Positions 9,682-19,035 of a stretch of DNA of 64,000 bases are shown here, piece after piece. Position 1 is the stretch's first letter. Every line of letters starts with the position of its first letter. The DNA is from an uncultured Erysipelotrichaceae bacterium (GTDB taxonomy: Bacteria > Bacillota_I > Bacilli_A > RFN20 > CAG-826). The DNA lies in contig CADCLU010000003.1 in the NCBI GenBank assembly GCA_902802355.1, positions 3,870 through 67,869 of the forward strand, read 5' to 3'. The notes under the pieces were generated by a model. That model was not told where the DNA came from and searched no databases. It saw only the letters and a list, made by a program, of their open reading frames with translations. The translations under genes and the position numbers were made by a program.

Positions 9682-10751
9682 TTTGCTTCTCCTTTCCTTT
9701 TCTTTCTTAGCTTCCTCGCGAAGATGAACGTCTTGCTCACGAAGAAGTTGACTATGAAGATGATAGCCTCAACGAAGACTTTTAGTAAGGTCAAACCGAA
9801 GTTTTCTGGGAAAACATAATCAAAGAGATAGAGAAGACCTAAGCCAAGGCACATATTGATGACGAATACGAACGCATAACGGCCTAATTTGCGTCCAAAA
9901 CCCTCTGACCCTGGAAAGACTACGAAATTATTCATAACGAAGTTATACGGGCCACTTACGAGCCTAGCGCCCACATAAGGCACTAAGACTTCCCAAGGGA
10001 GTTCGGTCGGACCGAAGTAATGGATGGTCGCGAATAAGCCAAAATCGATGCCAAAGCTTGTAAGGGCAACGAGGAGATAAAGGATTGGGGTTCTGTAGAT
10101 TCTGAAGCTGTCTTTGATTGGGTGGAAATGCGAGTTGGCGTTGTCATCGTAGATGGTCTTGATGGTGATCTGCGATAGCTTAGCCGCTCTCACGGCATCG
10201 TTAAGGAAATTGAATTCGTATTCGTAACGGTCCCCTACTGTCGTGATGGCAATCTCAAAGAGGTTTTCAGGGATGCCTCTAAGGCCAGTCTGGGTATCGG
10301 TGACTTTGACGCCGGTCGACATTTTGAAATAGCCGCTAGAGAATCTGTTTCCGAAACGGTTTCTTCTTGGGGTGTCAGGGCTAGAGAAATCGCGGACACC
10401 TAAGACAAGGTGGTCCCCTTTCTCAGAAAGCTCATCGCGCACCCTTAATATATCTTCGAGCGCGTGTTGGCCATCTCCATCGGCGGTGACGATGCCTTTG
10501 ACCTCAGGTAGGTTGTCCTTCACGTATTTGAATCCCGTCTTTAAAGCGTATCCCTTGCCATGGTTATCCGGATAAGAAAGGACGATGAAGTTCTCTAGTT
10601 TCCCGATCTCATCAAAGATGGGCTTATATTTCTCACCTGAGCCATCGTCGACGATGACGATTCTCTCAAAGGTGGAAGGATCAATCGTGCTTAAAAACGG
10701 CAAAGCCTTGTCGCATGGTTGGTAAATCGGGATGACTAATGCGGTTTTCAT
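9678..10751 (-). CDS. GT2 glycosyltransferase fused to a GtrA-like TM domain (polyprenol-phosphate sugar transferase type)
   Basis: ALVIPIYQPCDK...IVIVDDGSGE GT2 signature and DGDGQH. C-terminal four-TM GtrA-like domain. Start moved to MKT at 10751, which is preceded by TAAGGTG. Confidence 0.8.
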   Translation of the reverse strand: MKTALVIPIYQPCDKALPFLSTIDPSTFERIVIVDDGSGEKYKPIFDEIGKLENFIVLSYPDNHGKGYALKTGFKYVKDNLPEVKGIVTADGDGQHALEDILRVRDELSEKGDHLVLGVRDFSSPDTPRRNRFGNRFSSGYFKMSTGVKVTDTQTGLRGIPENLFEIAITTVGDRYEYEFNFLNDAVRAAKLSQITIKTIYDDNANSHFHPIKDSFRIYRTPILYLLVALTSFGIDFGLFATIHYFGPTELPWEVLVPYVGARLVSGPYNFVMNNFVVFPGSEGFGRKLGRYAFVFVINMCLGLGLLYLFDYVFPENFGLTLLKVFVEAIIFIVNFFVSKTFIFARKLRKKRKGEAK

Positions 10752-10945
10752 GTACACCTTATTAAGTGAAAACAGGGTCTTTTTATTGAAAGAACTAATC
10801 AATATTGTAAAGCAAACTGATAGGTATTTCACACCTTAAAAAAGAGGGATGTTTTTAATCCAAAATAAGAGGGTTTTGCCAAGAATATTTGAAAAATGAG
10901 TAAGAAAAAAGGACCGAGGTTAATCGGTCCTTGATTCATGGGAGA

Positions 10946-13879
10946 TTAGGCTGCTGCGGTCTCTTCTTCTTTTTCATCTTTTCCTTCGGATTTGAGGGAC
11001 TTGATGAATGGGATGAAGAGGAGGACGCCCCAGACGATAAGACCAGCGCCGATGACGCCTTCGCCGATCCAGAGGCAGCTCTGCCAAACTGGTGGGAGGT
11101 ATCCGGTGATCTCGATGGTCATGATGTTGGAGTTGACGACGCAGTAGAGAAGGTTGTGGGCAGCGCGTCTAAGGACGGTAACGTCACCCTCGCTCTCCTC
11201 ATCTGGTTTGGACCATGGCTTGGCGCCATTGAGGTTAAGGTCGCCGCCAGCGTAGCACATCTGTTTGTTGGACATGTAATCGTTGACGTGGAAGTCGCAG
11301 ATGACCGATCCAACGAATCCCCACTCCTTACGGAGAACGGTGGTAAGGAGACGGTAGTCGCCGCCCGTCCACTTGGTTCCGATACGGTTGAAGGAGGACA
11401 TGATGCCATGGGTTCCACCTTCTTTGACGGCCATTTCGAATGGCTTGAGGTAGATTTCACGGATGGCCTGCTCGTTGCACCAGGTAAGCTTACCTTCGGT
11501 GTCACGGTTGGTTTCCTGATCGTTAAGAGCGAAGTGCTTGACATTAGCGTAGACGCCGTATTCCTGAACCGCCTTGACGACGGCAGCGGCGCACTTGCCG
11601 GCCTGGAATGGGTCTTCGCTGTAGTATTCGGTGTTACGTCCGCCGAATGGGGAACGGTGCATGTTGACACCTGGGCCATACCATCCGGTGTATGGGAGTT
11701 TGTCGCCTTTTTCATTGCCGATGAGGGCTTCGTTGCCGATGGCTCTGCCCTGAGCTTCTGCAAGCTTAAGGTTCCAGGTCTGAGCAACTAAGCATTCGGA
11801 GCAATAGTAGCAAGTGCCGTAGACGGCTTTGTTGCCTAAGAAGGCGACGATGCCGGTTGGGCCATCGAAGGAAGTGGTTCCTGGGATGCCAAGACGCATA
11901 AGGTCTTTGGTGGAGTAGCAGCCGCCATTGAAGAGGGCTTTGTACTCTTCGAAGGACATCTGATCAAGGAAGTCCTCCCAAAGTGGGTCATCATAGTCCT
12001 TGTAGCAGAGCTCTTTGAACATGACGGTGACTTCGGCATCGGTCGTTGGCATATCGTCGAACTCCTCTTTGTTAAGGGAGTTGCGGCTGTTGCAGGAATC
12101 GATGAAGTCCTGATCGACGAGACGATCTTCCTCGGTTGGCATCTTCGGGAAGGTGCCAGTCCAGTCATTGCGGCTGAGCTGTTCCTGGAGATGGTCGTCA
12201 GCGTCTCCGAAGAGAGGCTTGACGGTGTTGCCGGTGACAGGGTCTTTCTCGTATTTGATACCCTCGGCATCTAGTTCCTTATTGAAGGTATCGATGTCGG
12301 TGTGGGCATCGGTGCCGACGTGGAAGGTGTAGGTTCCGCCTTCGAGCTCATAGCAGCTATAGGCGTTCGCGTTCTTATCGTTGTAGTCAAAGGAAGCGAA
12401 GGTGTATGGGTCGATGGTGATCTTGACGGTCTCTTCGGCGCCAGGAGCGAGAAGGGAGGTCTTTTCATAGCCAACAAGGACTTTGTAGGCTTTTTCGATG
12501 CCACCTGGAGTGTATGGGGCTTCAGCATAGATCTCGACGACGTCCTTACCGGCGATGTTACCGGTGTTCTTGACTTTGACTTCGACTTCGAAGGTGCTCT
12601 TGGTAAGGGCAGCGCTTTCGAGAGCGGCTTTGTTCTGAAGCTCATGCTCGAAGGTTGTGTAGCTTAAGCCATAACCGAATGGGTAGACGACATGGCTGTT
12701 GTACCAGTTCTCGTCATCTTTGCCACGGGTCTCGTAGTAACGGTATCCGTAGTAGATGCCTTCTTCGTAGTCGCAGAAGTTGAAATCGAGAAGTCTGTTT
12801 CTGTCGCCAGATCTCATATCTTCGATGCTAAGAGCGTACTTGTCGCTATCGAAGACACGGTTATCGCCGAAGTTCATCCAAGTTGGATCTTCTTCGTAGT
12901 GGGTGTAAAGGGTATCGACGGTGTGTCCGCTTGGGTTGACTTCGCCACTAAGGATCTTGCCAAGGGCCATGATGCCGACTCCGCCTGGGGAGCCGATCAT
13001 GATAGCGGCATCGACCTTCTGCTCATAAGCTGGGTCATCGGCGAACTTGAGGAATCCGCAGTCGATGTTGTTCGAGGTGTTGAAGAGAACAACGATGTGG
13101 GCGAATTTGCCAGAGTCGGCGATGTGCTTGAGAAGGGCTCTTTCCTTGCTATCGAGCTGGAGGTAGTGTCCGTCTGGGTTGTCGCTGGCGACGCGTGGGA
13201 GGTCCCAGCCTTCGCCGGCGATACGGGAGAAGACGACGAGAGCGGCATCGCCATAGCTCGCGTAGCTGTCAGTGACGTCGCTGGTGTATTTGGAGATCTC
13301 GGACTCGCCGGTGTCTAAGACTGGCGATTTTCCGTTCTTCTGGTCATCCATGCCTGGGTTCCCAGAACGTGGTTCACCGGATTTGCCGTCTTCCTCATAG
13401 AATTTCTTGAGGGTCTCGTTATATTCGAAACCGGCTTCTTCGAGGGAATCGAAGATGGTCTTTCTTACTTCCTTTCCACCAGGGGCTGCGGAACCACTGC
13501 CACCATAGACTAAATTGACAGAGTTCTTGCCGAAGACGGAGACTTTGGCGTTCTTCTTAAGTGGGAGAGCGTTGTTCTCGTTCTTGAGAAGGACCATGCC
13601 TTCCTCGCAGATCTCGGTGCTGACCTTCTTGGCGTTGTTGAGAGCGTCTTCTTTGGTTTCGATGCCCTCATCGGTCTCGAAGATTGTGCCTTTTTCCATT
13701 GGTCTGGTTAGGGCAATCTTGCCACCTAATTCGGTCTGGCAGATGATGCCGTAGAAACCGTCGGTGTTTTTCTCATCGGTGAGAATATTGGCGGTGATCG
13801 CAACGGCGGTCGCCACTAAGGTTGTGGCGAGCCATGCGATACGGCTTCCTTTCTTGAAAAATTTAGCAACTGGGTTCAT
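10946..13879 (-). CDS. Glycoside hydrolase family 3 beta-glucosidase-like, N-terminal TM/signal anchor and C-terminal TM anchor (977 aa)
   Basis: GH3 motifs (KHFALNDQE, KEWGFVGSVICDF around the nucleophile Asp, FnIII-like domain). C-terminal hydrophobic helix plus charged tail (KSEGKDEKEEE). AGGAAA RBS. Confidence 0.85.
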   Translation of the reverse strand: MNPVAKFFKKGSRIAWLATTLVATAVAITANILTDEKNTDGFYGIICQTELGGKIALTRPMEKGTIFETDEGIETKEDALNNAKKVSTEICEEGMVLLKNENNALPLKKNAKVSVFGKNSVNLVYGGSGSAAPGGKEVRKTIFDSLEEAGFEYNETLKKFYEEDGKSGEPRSGNPGMDDQKNGKSPVLDTGESEISKYTSDVTDSYASYGDAALVVFSRIAGEGWDLPRVASDNPDGHYLQLDSKERALLKHIADSGKFAHIVVLFNTSNNIDCGFLKFADDPAYEQKVDAAIMIGSPGGVGIMALGKILSGEVNPSGHTVDTLYTHYEEDPTWMNFGDNRVFDSDKYALSIEDMRSGDRNRLLDFNFCDYEEGIYYGYRYYETRGKDDENWYNSHVVYPFGYGLSYTTFEHELQNKAALESAALTKSTFEVEVKVKNTGNIAGKDVVEIYAEAPYTPGGIEKAYKVLVGYEKTSLLAPGAEETVKITIDPYTFASFDYNDKNANAYSCYELEGGTYTFHVGTDAHTDIDTFNKELDAEGIKYEKDPVTGNTVKPLFGDADDHLQEQLSRNDWTGTFPKMPTEEDRLVDQDFIDSCNSRNSLNKEEFDDMPTTDAEVTVMFKELCYKDYDDPLWEDFLDQMSFEEYKALFNGGCYSTKDLMRLGIPGTTSFDGPTGIVAFLGNKAVYGTCYYCSECLVAQTWNLKLAEAQGRAIGNEALIGNEKGDKLPYTGWYGPGVNMHRSPFGGRNTEYYSEDPFQAGKCAAAVVKAVQEYGVYANVKHFALNDQETNRDTEGKLTWCNEQAIREIYLKPFEMAVKEGGTHGIMSSFNRIGTKWTGGDYRLLTTVLRKEWGFVGSVICDFHVNDYMSNKQMCYAGGDLNLNGAKPWSKPDEESEGDVTVLRRAAHNLLYCVVNSNIMTIEITGYLPPVWQSCLWIGEGVIGAGLIVWGVLLFIPFIKSLKSEGKDEKEEETAAA

Positions 13880-13899
13880 TTCAGTTTCCTAATTTGAGG

Positions 13900-14808
13900 T
13901 TATTCGACTTCTGGAACCTGGTCTGGGTTGGCTTCGGCCCAAGTAAGGGTGGTGCTGGATTTGATCTTGAGGCAATCGAGCATTGGAGCGGTAGCCTGAG
14001 CGGTTCCGAAGAGAAGCTTCTGGTTGTCGGTGATGAATTCAAGCTTGTTGGCACCGGCCTGGACGTTGACGTTGACGCTTAAGGTCTTGTCTTCGAAGGC
14101 TTTGTAACCTGCGCCCTGGATCGGGACATCTTTGAAGGTAAGGGTCTCATAGTCGAGCTGGGTGTCGTTGAGTTTGGCTTTCCACTCATCCTTGTTGACG
14201 GTGATGTCAACGCCTTCCTGGCCGTATTCGGCGGAAACGCGCATGAGGATGGAGACAGTGCCGGCGGCAGCGGCTTCGAAGTTGAATTCGATTCTGGAGC
14301 CGTAGTTTCTCTCTGGCTCATATTTGACGTACATGAAGTGGACGAAGTAGCCATTGGAGGCTTTGAGGTCGCCATCATAGTCATAGCCGATGCAGGCTTT
14401 GCCTTTGGCACCGCCGGAATAGGTGGCACCGTCGAAGGTGATAGCAGATGGGGCGTATTCGGCTTCGAAGACGTAACGGTTGGTCTCGGTCTCGCCGTTG
14501 ACTTCCCAAGCGGCATAGAGCTCAAGGTCGTTGTTGACTTTGTTGTCGAAGTTGTAGAGGCTGTAGCCGGATTCGTCGGTGGTCCAGCCAAGGAACTTGT
14601 AGCCGTCACGGGTCGGATCGGTTGCAGGCTTGGTGGCTTTGGCGCCTTTCTGGACGGTTTCTTTCTCAGGCGCAGCGGCACCGCTGTAGTTCAAGTTGTA
14701 GACAATCTCACGGGTCTTTGGAGGTCTGGTGCTGCTAGCTTCTTCTTTAACGCAGGCAGTTAAGGCAACCAAAGAAAGGGCGATTGGTAGCAAAAAGTGT
14801 TTTTTCAT
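13900..14808 (-). CDS. Lipoprotein with Listeria-Bacteroides-repeat-like module (possible glycan-binding accessory of the GH3 cluster)
   Basis: Lipobox LVALTAC. DGYKFLGWTTDESGY...LELYAAW resembles List_Bact repeats. AGGAGA RBS. 20-nt spacing to the downstream GH3 gene. Confidence 0.6.
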   Translation of the reverse strand: MKKHFLLPIALSLVALTACVKEEASSTRPPKTREIVYNLNYSGAAAPEKETVQKGAKATKPATDPTRDGYKFLGWTTDESGYSLYNFDNKVNNDLELYAAWEVNGETETNRYVFEAEYAPSAITFDGATYSGGAKGKACIGYDYDGDLKASNGYFVHFMYVKYEPERNYGSRIEFNFEAAAAGTVSILMRVSAEYGQEGVDITVNKDEWKAKLNDTQLDYETLTFKDVPIQGAGYKAFEDKTLSVNVNVQAGANKLEFITDNQKLLFGTAQATAPMLDCLKIKSSTTLTWAEANPDQVPEVE

Positions 14809-14928
14809 AGTTTTTCTCCTATAGATACGGCTTATTTTATCTTAGATAAAAGAAAACTGCTAGGGTTTTTAGGCCCTAGCAGCAAATCACATATAACCTA
14901 AAGGTTATTTATATCGGATTTACCTAGC

Positions 14929-17900
14929 TTATTCAGCTTTGGCTTCTTTCTTGCCTTTCTTGATAACAAGGAACCAGACAAGGGCGAATCCGCCAGCGAG
15001 GACGAGAACGCCACCGCCAACGGAGATGCCAATGATGGCAGCTAATGGGAGACCGGCCTCTGGGGCTGGAGCTGGAGTTTCTTCAGCGGCTTCGTAAGCT
15101 GGGTCGTAGACTTCGATGTCGAAGACTTCGGCGACTTCTTTCTCGGTTCCGTCAGCAAGGGTGATGGTGGCCCAAACAAGGATTGGGTAAACGCCACGCT
15201 TGGTTGGGGTGCCGACTAACTTGCCATCTTCAGTGGCTTCCATGCCAGCTGGGAGGGCGTGGTCAACCTGCTGGATGTCGATCTTGTAGTCGGTAGCAGA
15301 GGTGACGGCCTGTTCGGCATCGCCTTTGCCATACTTGGCATCATCAGCGAGCTCGAAGGAGATCTCAGCGGCTTCGTTGATGTTGATCTTGTTAGCAGAA
15401 GCTTTGGAGACACCGTGGACTTCTTCACCAAGGAAGGAGGTGTTGCCCATGGTGGCAGCGCAGTTGATACCGGCGTAGAGGATTTCCTTGGCGCAGGAAC
15501 GGACAGCGTAGTACCAGGAGTAGGAGTAGACCTTCTCACCTTCGTAGGTGAAGTAGGCCATCATCTCATCATCGTCCCACTTGCACTCGATCTTGTCGCC
15601 ATAGGAGCTGTTGTCGAGCTGAGCGTTGCAGCCAGAGAGGCAGCGCCAGTTGATGTTCTCATACTTGGTTCCATCGAAGGAGCTGTTGTTCTTGTGGTCC
15701 ATATCGGACATGACAGCGCCTTTGAATCCCCATTCTTTGCGGAGAACGTTGGTAAGTAAGTTGTAGTTGCCACCGGTTTCCATCATACCAAGACGGTTGT
15801 AGGAGGACATGATGCCACGGCTGTGGCCTTCCTGGATGACCATCTGGAATGGACGGAGGTAGAGCTGACGGAGAGCCTGCTCATCAACGAAGGTCATGGT
15901 ACCTTCACGGTTCTTTTCCTGATCGTTGACAGCGAAGTGCTTGAAGTAGCAGTAGACGCCCTTCTTGGAAGCGCCATCGACGACTCTGCCGGCGAAGCGA
16001 CCCATTAAGAATGGATCAGCGGCATAGTATTCGAAGTTACGGCCACCGAATGGTGAACGGTGCATGTTGACGGCGTTACCGAGCCAGCCACAGGTGCCGG
16101 TCTGGAAGAAGGATTCGCAGCCGATGATCTTGCCCTGTTCGGTAGCAAGCTCAAGGTTGAAGGTGGCGGCGACGGTTGGTTCACCACACCACCAGATGAT
16201 TTCGAACTGGTTTGGACCGTCGGAGTCGGTGGTCTGGGATTTGCCGATAGCGTCTAATCTTGGGTTGTGGAAGGCACCGTCTTCGACGAACTTACGGAGT
16301 TCGGCGTAGGTGAATTCGTTGAGGAACTCATCCCATTTCTCGGTGTCATCAAAGGCAACACCGAACATGTCCTTAGCCTGGATACGCTCACCTTTGTCGA
16401 GGGCTTCCTCTTGCTGAGTCCAGCCGAGGGCTTCGATGTCTTCTTTGGTCTTGTAGGCCTCTTCGGAGACGTATCCGTTATGGAGAACGTCAAGGTCGGC
16501 CATGATGAAGGAGTGGGTAAGGTATTCTTCAGCTCTGGAGTTGGCTGGGAGAGTACGCTCTTCAATGGTTGGGTGCTTCGGGAAGGTGGTCTCGAAGTTG
16601 GAACGGCTCATGTGATCGAAGCCAATGGAGTTTTCCATTGGGAGGGAGCACTGGAAGCTGGTCTTGTCGGAGAACTGGTTCTTAACCTCAGTGCCGGTGT
16701 AGCGATCGTACTTGTACTGGATACCACCCTTCTTGACGTTAAGTTTCTTGGCAGCGATCTGCTCGTGGGCGTTCTTCATGATGGCGACTTCGTATTCGCC
16801 TTCATCAAGTTCGTAGCCCATGAAGCCATTGCCATTGGCGTCGCTGTAGTCATAGTCAGCGACATCCTGGAGGTAGAAGCTGCAGGTGACTGTGTCGCTC
16901 TCGCCTGGTTCGAGCATCTTGGTCTTGCCAAAGGCGCAGAGGACGTGGTCGGCTTTTTCGATTCCGCCAGCGGTGTAAGGAGCTCTCCAGTAGACCTGGA
17001 CGACGTCCTTACCAGCGACAGAACCGGTATTGGTGACCTTGACATCCAAGGAGACGGTCTTCTTGGCGCCGGTGAGGATGGATCCTTCACCTGGTTCGAA
17101 GGCGGTGATTTCCTGGGAGAAGGTGGTGTAGCTTAAGCCATAGCCGAATGGGTAGATGACACCTTCTTCGCCGTTGTACCAAGTATCGGCAGCGGCTTTG
17201 TCGGTTTTAGCCATATCGGCATAGCGGGTCTCATAGTAACGATAGTCGACATAGATGCCTTCTTCGTAGTTGTCATAAGCGGCGCAGTAGCAGCCGTTGA
17301 GACCACGGTTTGGAACTTTATGCTCTTCGTCAACCCAACGGGCCTGGGTGCAGGTGCTGGTTGGGGTGCCGTCAGCATTGATCATGGTGTGGTTTGGAAT
17401 TGGTTCGCCGTTGGAATCGCGATAGAGTTCGCCACTCTCATCGGTGAAAGTCTGGGAGTTATCTGCGAAGTTCTGGAAGGTTGGGTTCTTGGTGTGATCG
17501 CGGGTCCAGGTATCGACAGTGTGTCCGCTTGGGTTGACGGCACCGGTGAGGATTTCGCCGATGGCCTGAGCGCCGACGGCGCCTGGGGTACCCATCCAAA
17601 GGACGGCACCGATCTTATCATCTTCGAAGGCATCGCACTGGAAGGCGTTACCGGAGTTGATGAGGATGATGATCTTGTCGAATTTCTCCTTAACCATCTC
17701 AAGCATGTCAATCTCGTTATCGGAGAGCTGGAGGAAGTGCTTGTCAGATGGAGCGCTGCTCTTGGTGTCACGGGCGTCCATGGCCTTAAGGTCAGTACCT
17801 TCGGAACCGGAACGGACGATGACGACGACAGCAGCGTCATTGTACTCATCGAAGCTGGATTTGACAGCGTCGGTGTAGCTGGCGACTGGGGTCTCACCAA

Positions 17901-18396
17901 CAGCTAAGTCGCAGATACCATCGTAACGAGTGGTGCCTTCACGGCCCTTGCCGGAGGCGTTGTCATCATCATAGAAGTTTTTGAGGGTTGGGTTGATTTC
18001 CCAGCCGACCTTCTCGAGGGACTGGTGGATATCGACGGCAGTCTCACCGTTGACACGGCCTTGACCGGATCCGCCACCACCGCGGAGCCACTTCTCGCTG
18101 CCACTCTTGTTCTTGGAGTTCTTACCAAAGATGGAGACTTTGTGAACATCGGTAAGTGGAAGCATGTTGTCCTTGTTCTTGAGAAGGACCATACCTTCTC
18201 TGGCAATCTCTAAGTTGCAAGCGGAACCGGCCTTGATGAGGTCATTCTTGGTTAAATACTCGCTGTAGAACTTGCCCTGATGCTCGCCAACAAATGGGTC
18301 GATCATTTTGTCGACGGATGTTCCAGCGGTAGCAGCAGCACCGATCATCATCAATGCGGAGACACCGAGAACACCTAACAATTTCAATTTTTTCAT
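14929..18396 (-). CDS. Glycoside hydrolase family 3 protein, large (1155 aa), N-terminal signal and C-terminal TM anchor
   Basis: GH3 motifs (KHFAVNDQE, KEWGFKGAVMSDM). Start moved to MKKLKLLGVLGV (18396), removing an N-terminal extension. C-terminal TM plus KKGKKEAKAE. Confidence 0.85.
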   Translation of the reverse strand: MKKLKLLGVLGVSALMMIGAAATAGTSVDKMIDPFVGEHQGKFYSEYLTKNDLIKAGSACNLEIAREGMVLLKNKDNMLPLTDVHKVSIFGKNSKNKSGSEKWLRGGGGSGQGRVNGETAVDIHQSLEKVGWEINPTLKNFYDDDNASGKGREGTTRYDGICDLAVGETPVASYTDAVKSSFDEYNDAAVVVIVRSGSEGTDLKAMDARDTKSSAPSDKHFLQLSDNEIDMLEMVKEKFDKIIILINSGNAFQCDAFEDDKIGAVLWMGTPGAVGAQAIGEILTGAVNPSGHTVDTWTRDHTKNPTFQNFADNSQTFTDESGELYRDSNGEPIPNHTMINADGTPTSTCTQARWVDEEHKVPNRGLNGCYCAAYDNYEEGIYVDYRYYETRYADMAKTDKAAADTWYNGEEGVIYPFGYGLSYTTFSQEITAFEPGEGSILTGAKKTVSLDVKVTNTGSVAGKDVVQVYWRAPYTAGGIEKADHVLCAFGKTKMLEPGESDTVTCSFYLQDVADYDYSDANGNGFMGYELDEGEYEVAIMKNAHEQIAAKKLNVKKGGIQYKYDRYTGTEVKNQFSDKTSFQCSLPMENSIGFDHMSRSNFETTFPKHPTIEERTLPANSRAEEYLTHSFIMADLDVLHNGYVSEEAYKTKEDIEALGWTQQEEALDKGERIQAKDMFGVAFDDTEKWDEFLNEFTYAELRKFVEDGAFHNPRLDAIGKSQTTDSDGPNQFEIIWWCGEPTVAATFNLELATEQGKIIGCESFFQTGTCGWLGNAVNMHRSPFGGRNFEYYAADPFLMGRFAGRVVDGASKKGVYCYFKHFAVNDQEKNREGTMTFVDEQALRQLYLRPFQMVIQEGHSRGIMSSYNRLGMMETGGNYNLLTNVLRKEWGFKGAVMSDMDHKNNSSFDGTKYENINWRCLSGCNAQLDNSSYGDKIECKWDDDEMMAYFTYEGEKVYSYSWYYAVRSCAKEILYAGINCAATMGNTSFLGEEVHGVSKASANKININEAAEISFELADDAKYGKGDAEQAVTSATDYKIDIQQVDHALPAGMEATEDGKLVGTPTKRGVYPILVWATITLADGTEKEVAEVFDIEVYDPAYEAAEETPAPAPEAGLPLAAIIGISVGGGVLVLAGGFALVWFLVIKKGKKEAKAE

Positions 18397-18861
18397 TGTT
18401 CTTGCTTTCTTCTTTCTTTCTCGGACCGTTATTTGTTTCTCATGCGTTTGTATGGTCCGCCAATGGGCGCATGAGGGCGAAAGAATACCACGCGAAAAGC
18501 ATGCATTTTTCACCTGTTTCGAGAGTATTCTATTTTGGAAGCGCTTACCCCAAGCATGACAATCTTGCGTTTTATGGACGATATGTTTCTTGCTGGCTTT
18601 TCGTATTAAATATTAATTTAATGGTAAATGACCCTTTTGTGGTCACTATAAAATGTCGTGATTATCAAAAAATACCTAGTTTTTGCCAAGGATTTTATGA
18701 TTTCTCAGAGTTTAGACAATCTTGCTGAATTGAGTCTTTTTCTTATGGAAATGATATTTTCACTAAAAACGCATTAATAAATATAAATATAAGGATAAGG
18801 GCGATTCGCATTCATCACCGCCGCCACTTTTATTGTTTATTGTGCACGCACGTGCGAGAGG

Positions 18862-18899
18862 CAAAGAAAAAACCGTTCACGCGGAACGGTAGTTTTTTT
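18862..18899 (-). terminator. Rho-independent terminator after tRNA-Ser (hairpin ACCGTTC/GAACGGT); likely bidirectional
   Basis: 7-bp GC-rich stem flanked by an A-run and a T-run. Confidence 0.6.
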
Positions 18900-18903
18900 G
18901 AGT

Positions 18904-18993
18904 GGCGGAGGCGTCGAGATTTGAACTCGAGCACGGGAATCCCCGTCTAACGGTTTAGCAAACCGTCCCCTTCGGCCTCTTGGGTACGCCTCC
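18904..18993 (-). tRNA. tRNA-Ser (anticodon GCU)
   Basis: Cloverleaf with long variable arm. Anticodon stem-loop ACGGT-TTGCTAA-ACCGT. T-arm GAGTTCAAATCTC. Encoded 3' CCA. Confidence 0.85.
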
Positions 18994-19035
18994 AACTCGC
19001 AAGAAGTACTATACTACAAACGTTTTAATAACGCA

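Noticed and set aside
11119-12645. Long antisense or alternative-frame ORFs inside the GH3 genes (e.g. 11119..11787-, 12271..12645-, 14079..14681-, 16267..17136+, 17382..17900-)
   Set aside because: Their Ser/Thr/Pro/Ala-rich low-complexity translations are typical of out-of-frame reading of a GC-biased coding region. They fully overlap well-supported GH3 and lipoprotein CDSs.
14929-18396. LPXTG sortase signals on the GH3 proteins
   Set aside because: The C-termini have a TM helix plus charged tail but no LPXTG, NPQTN or similar pentapeptide (GLPLAA is not a match). They are treated as simple membrane anchors.
18354-18728. 124-aa plus-strand ORF in the GH3 upstream leader
   Set aside because: It has no RBS and an implausible composition. 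It lies in an AT-rich regulatory region opposite to the flanking transcription, so it is probably spurious.
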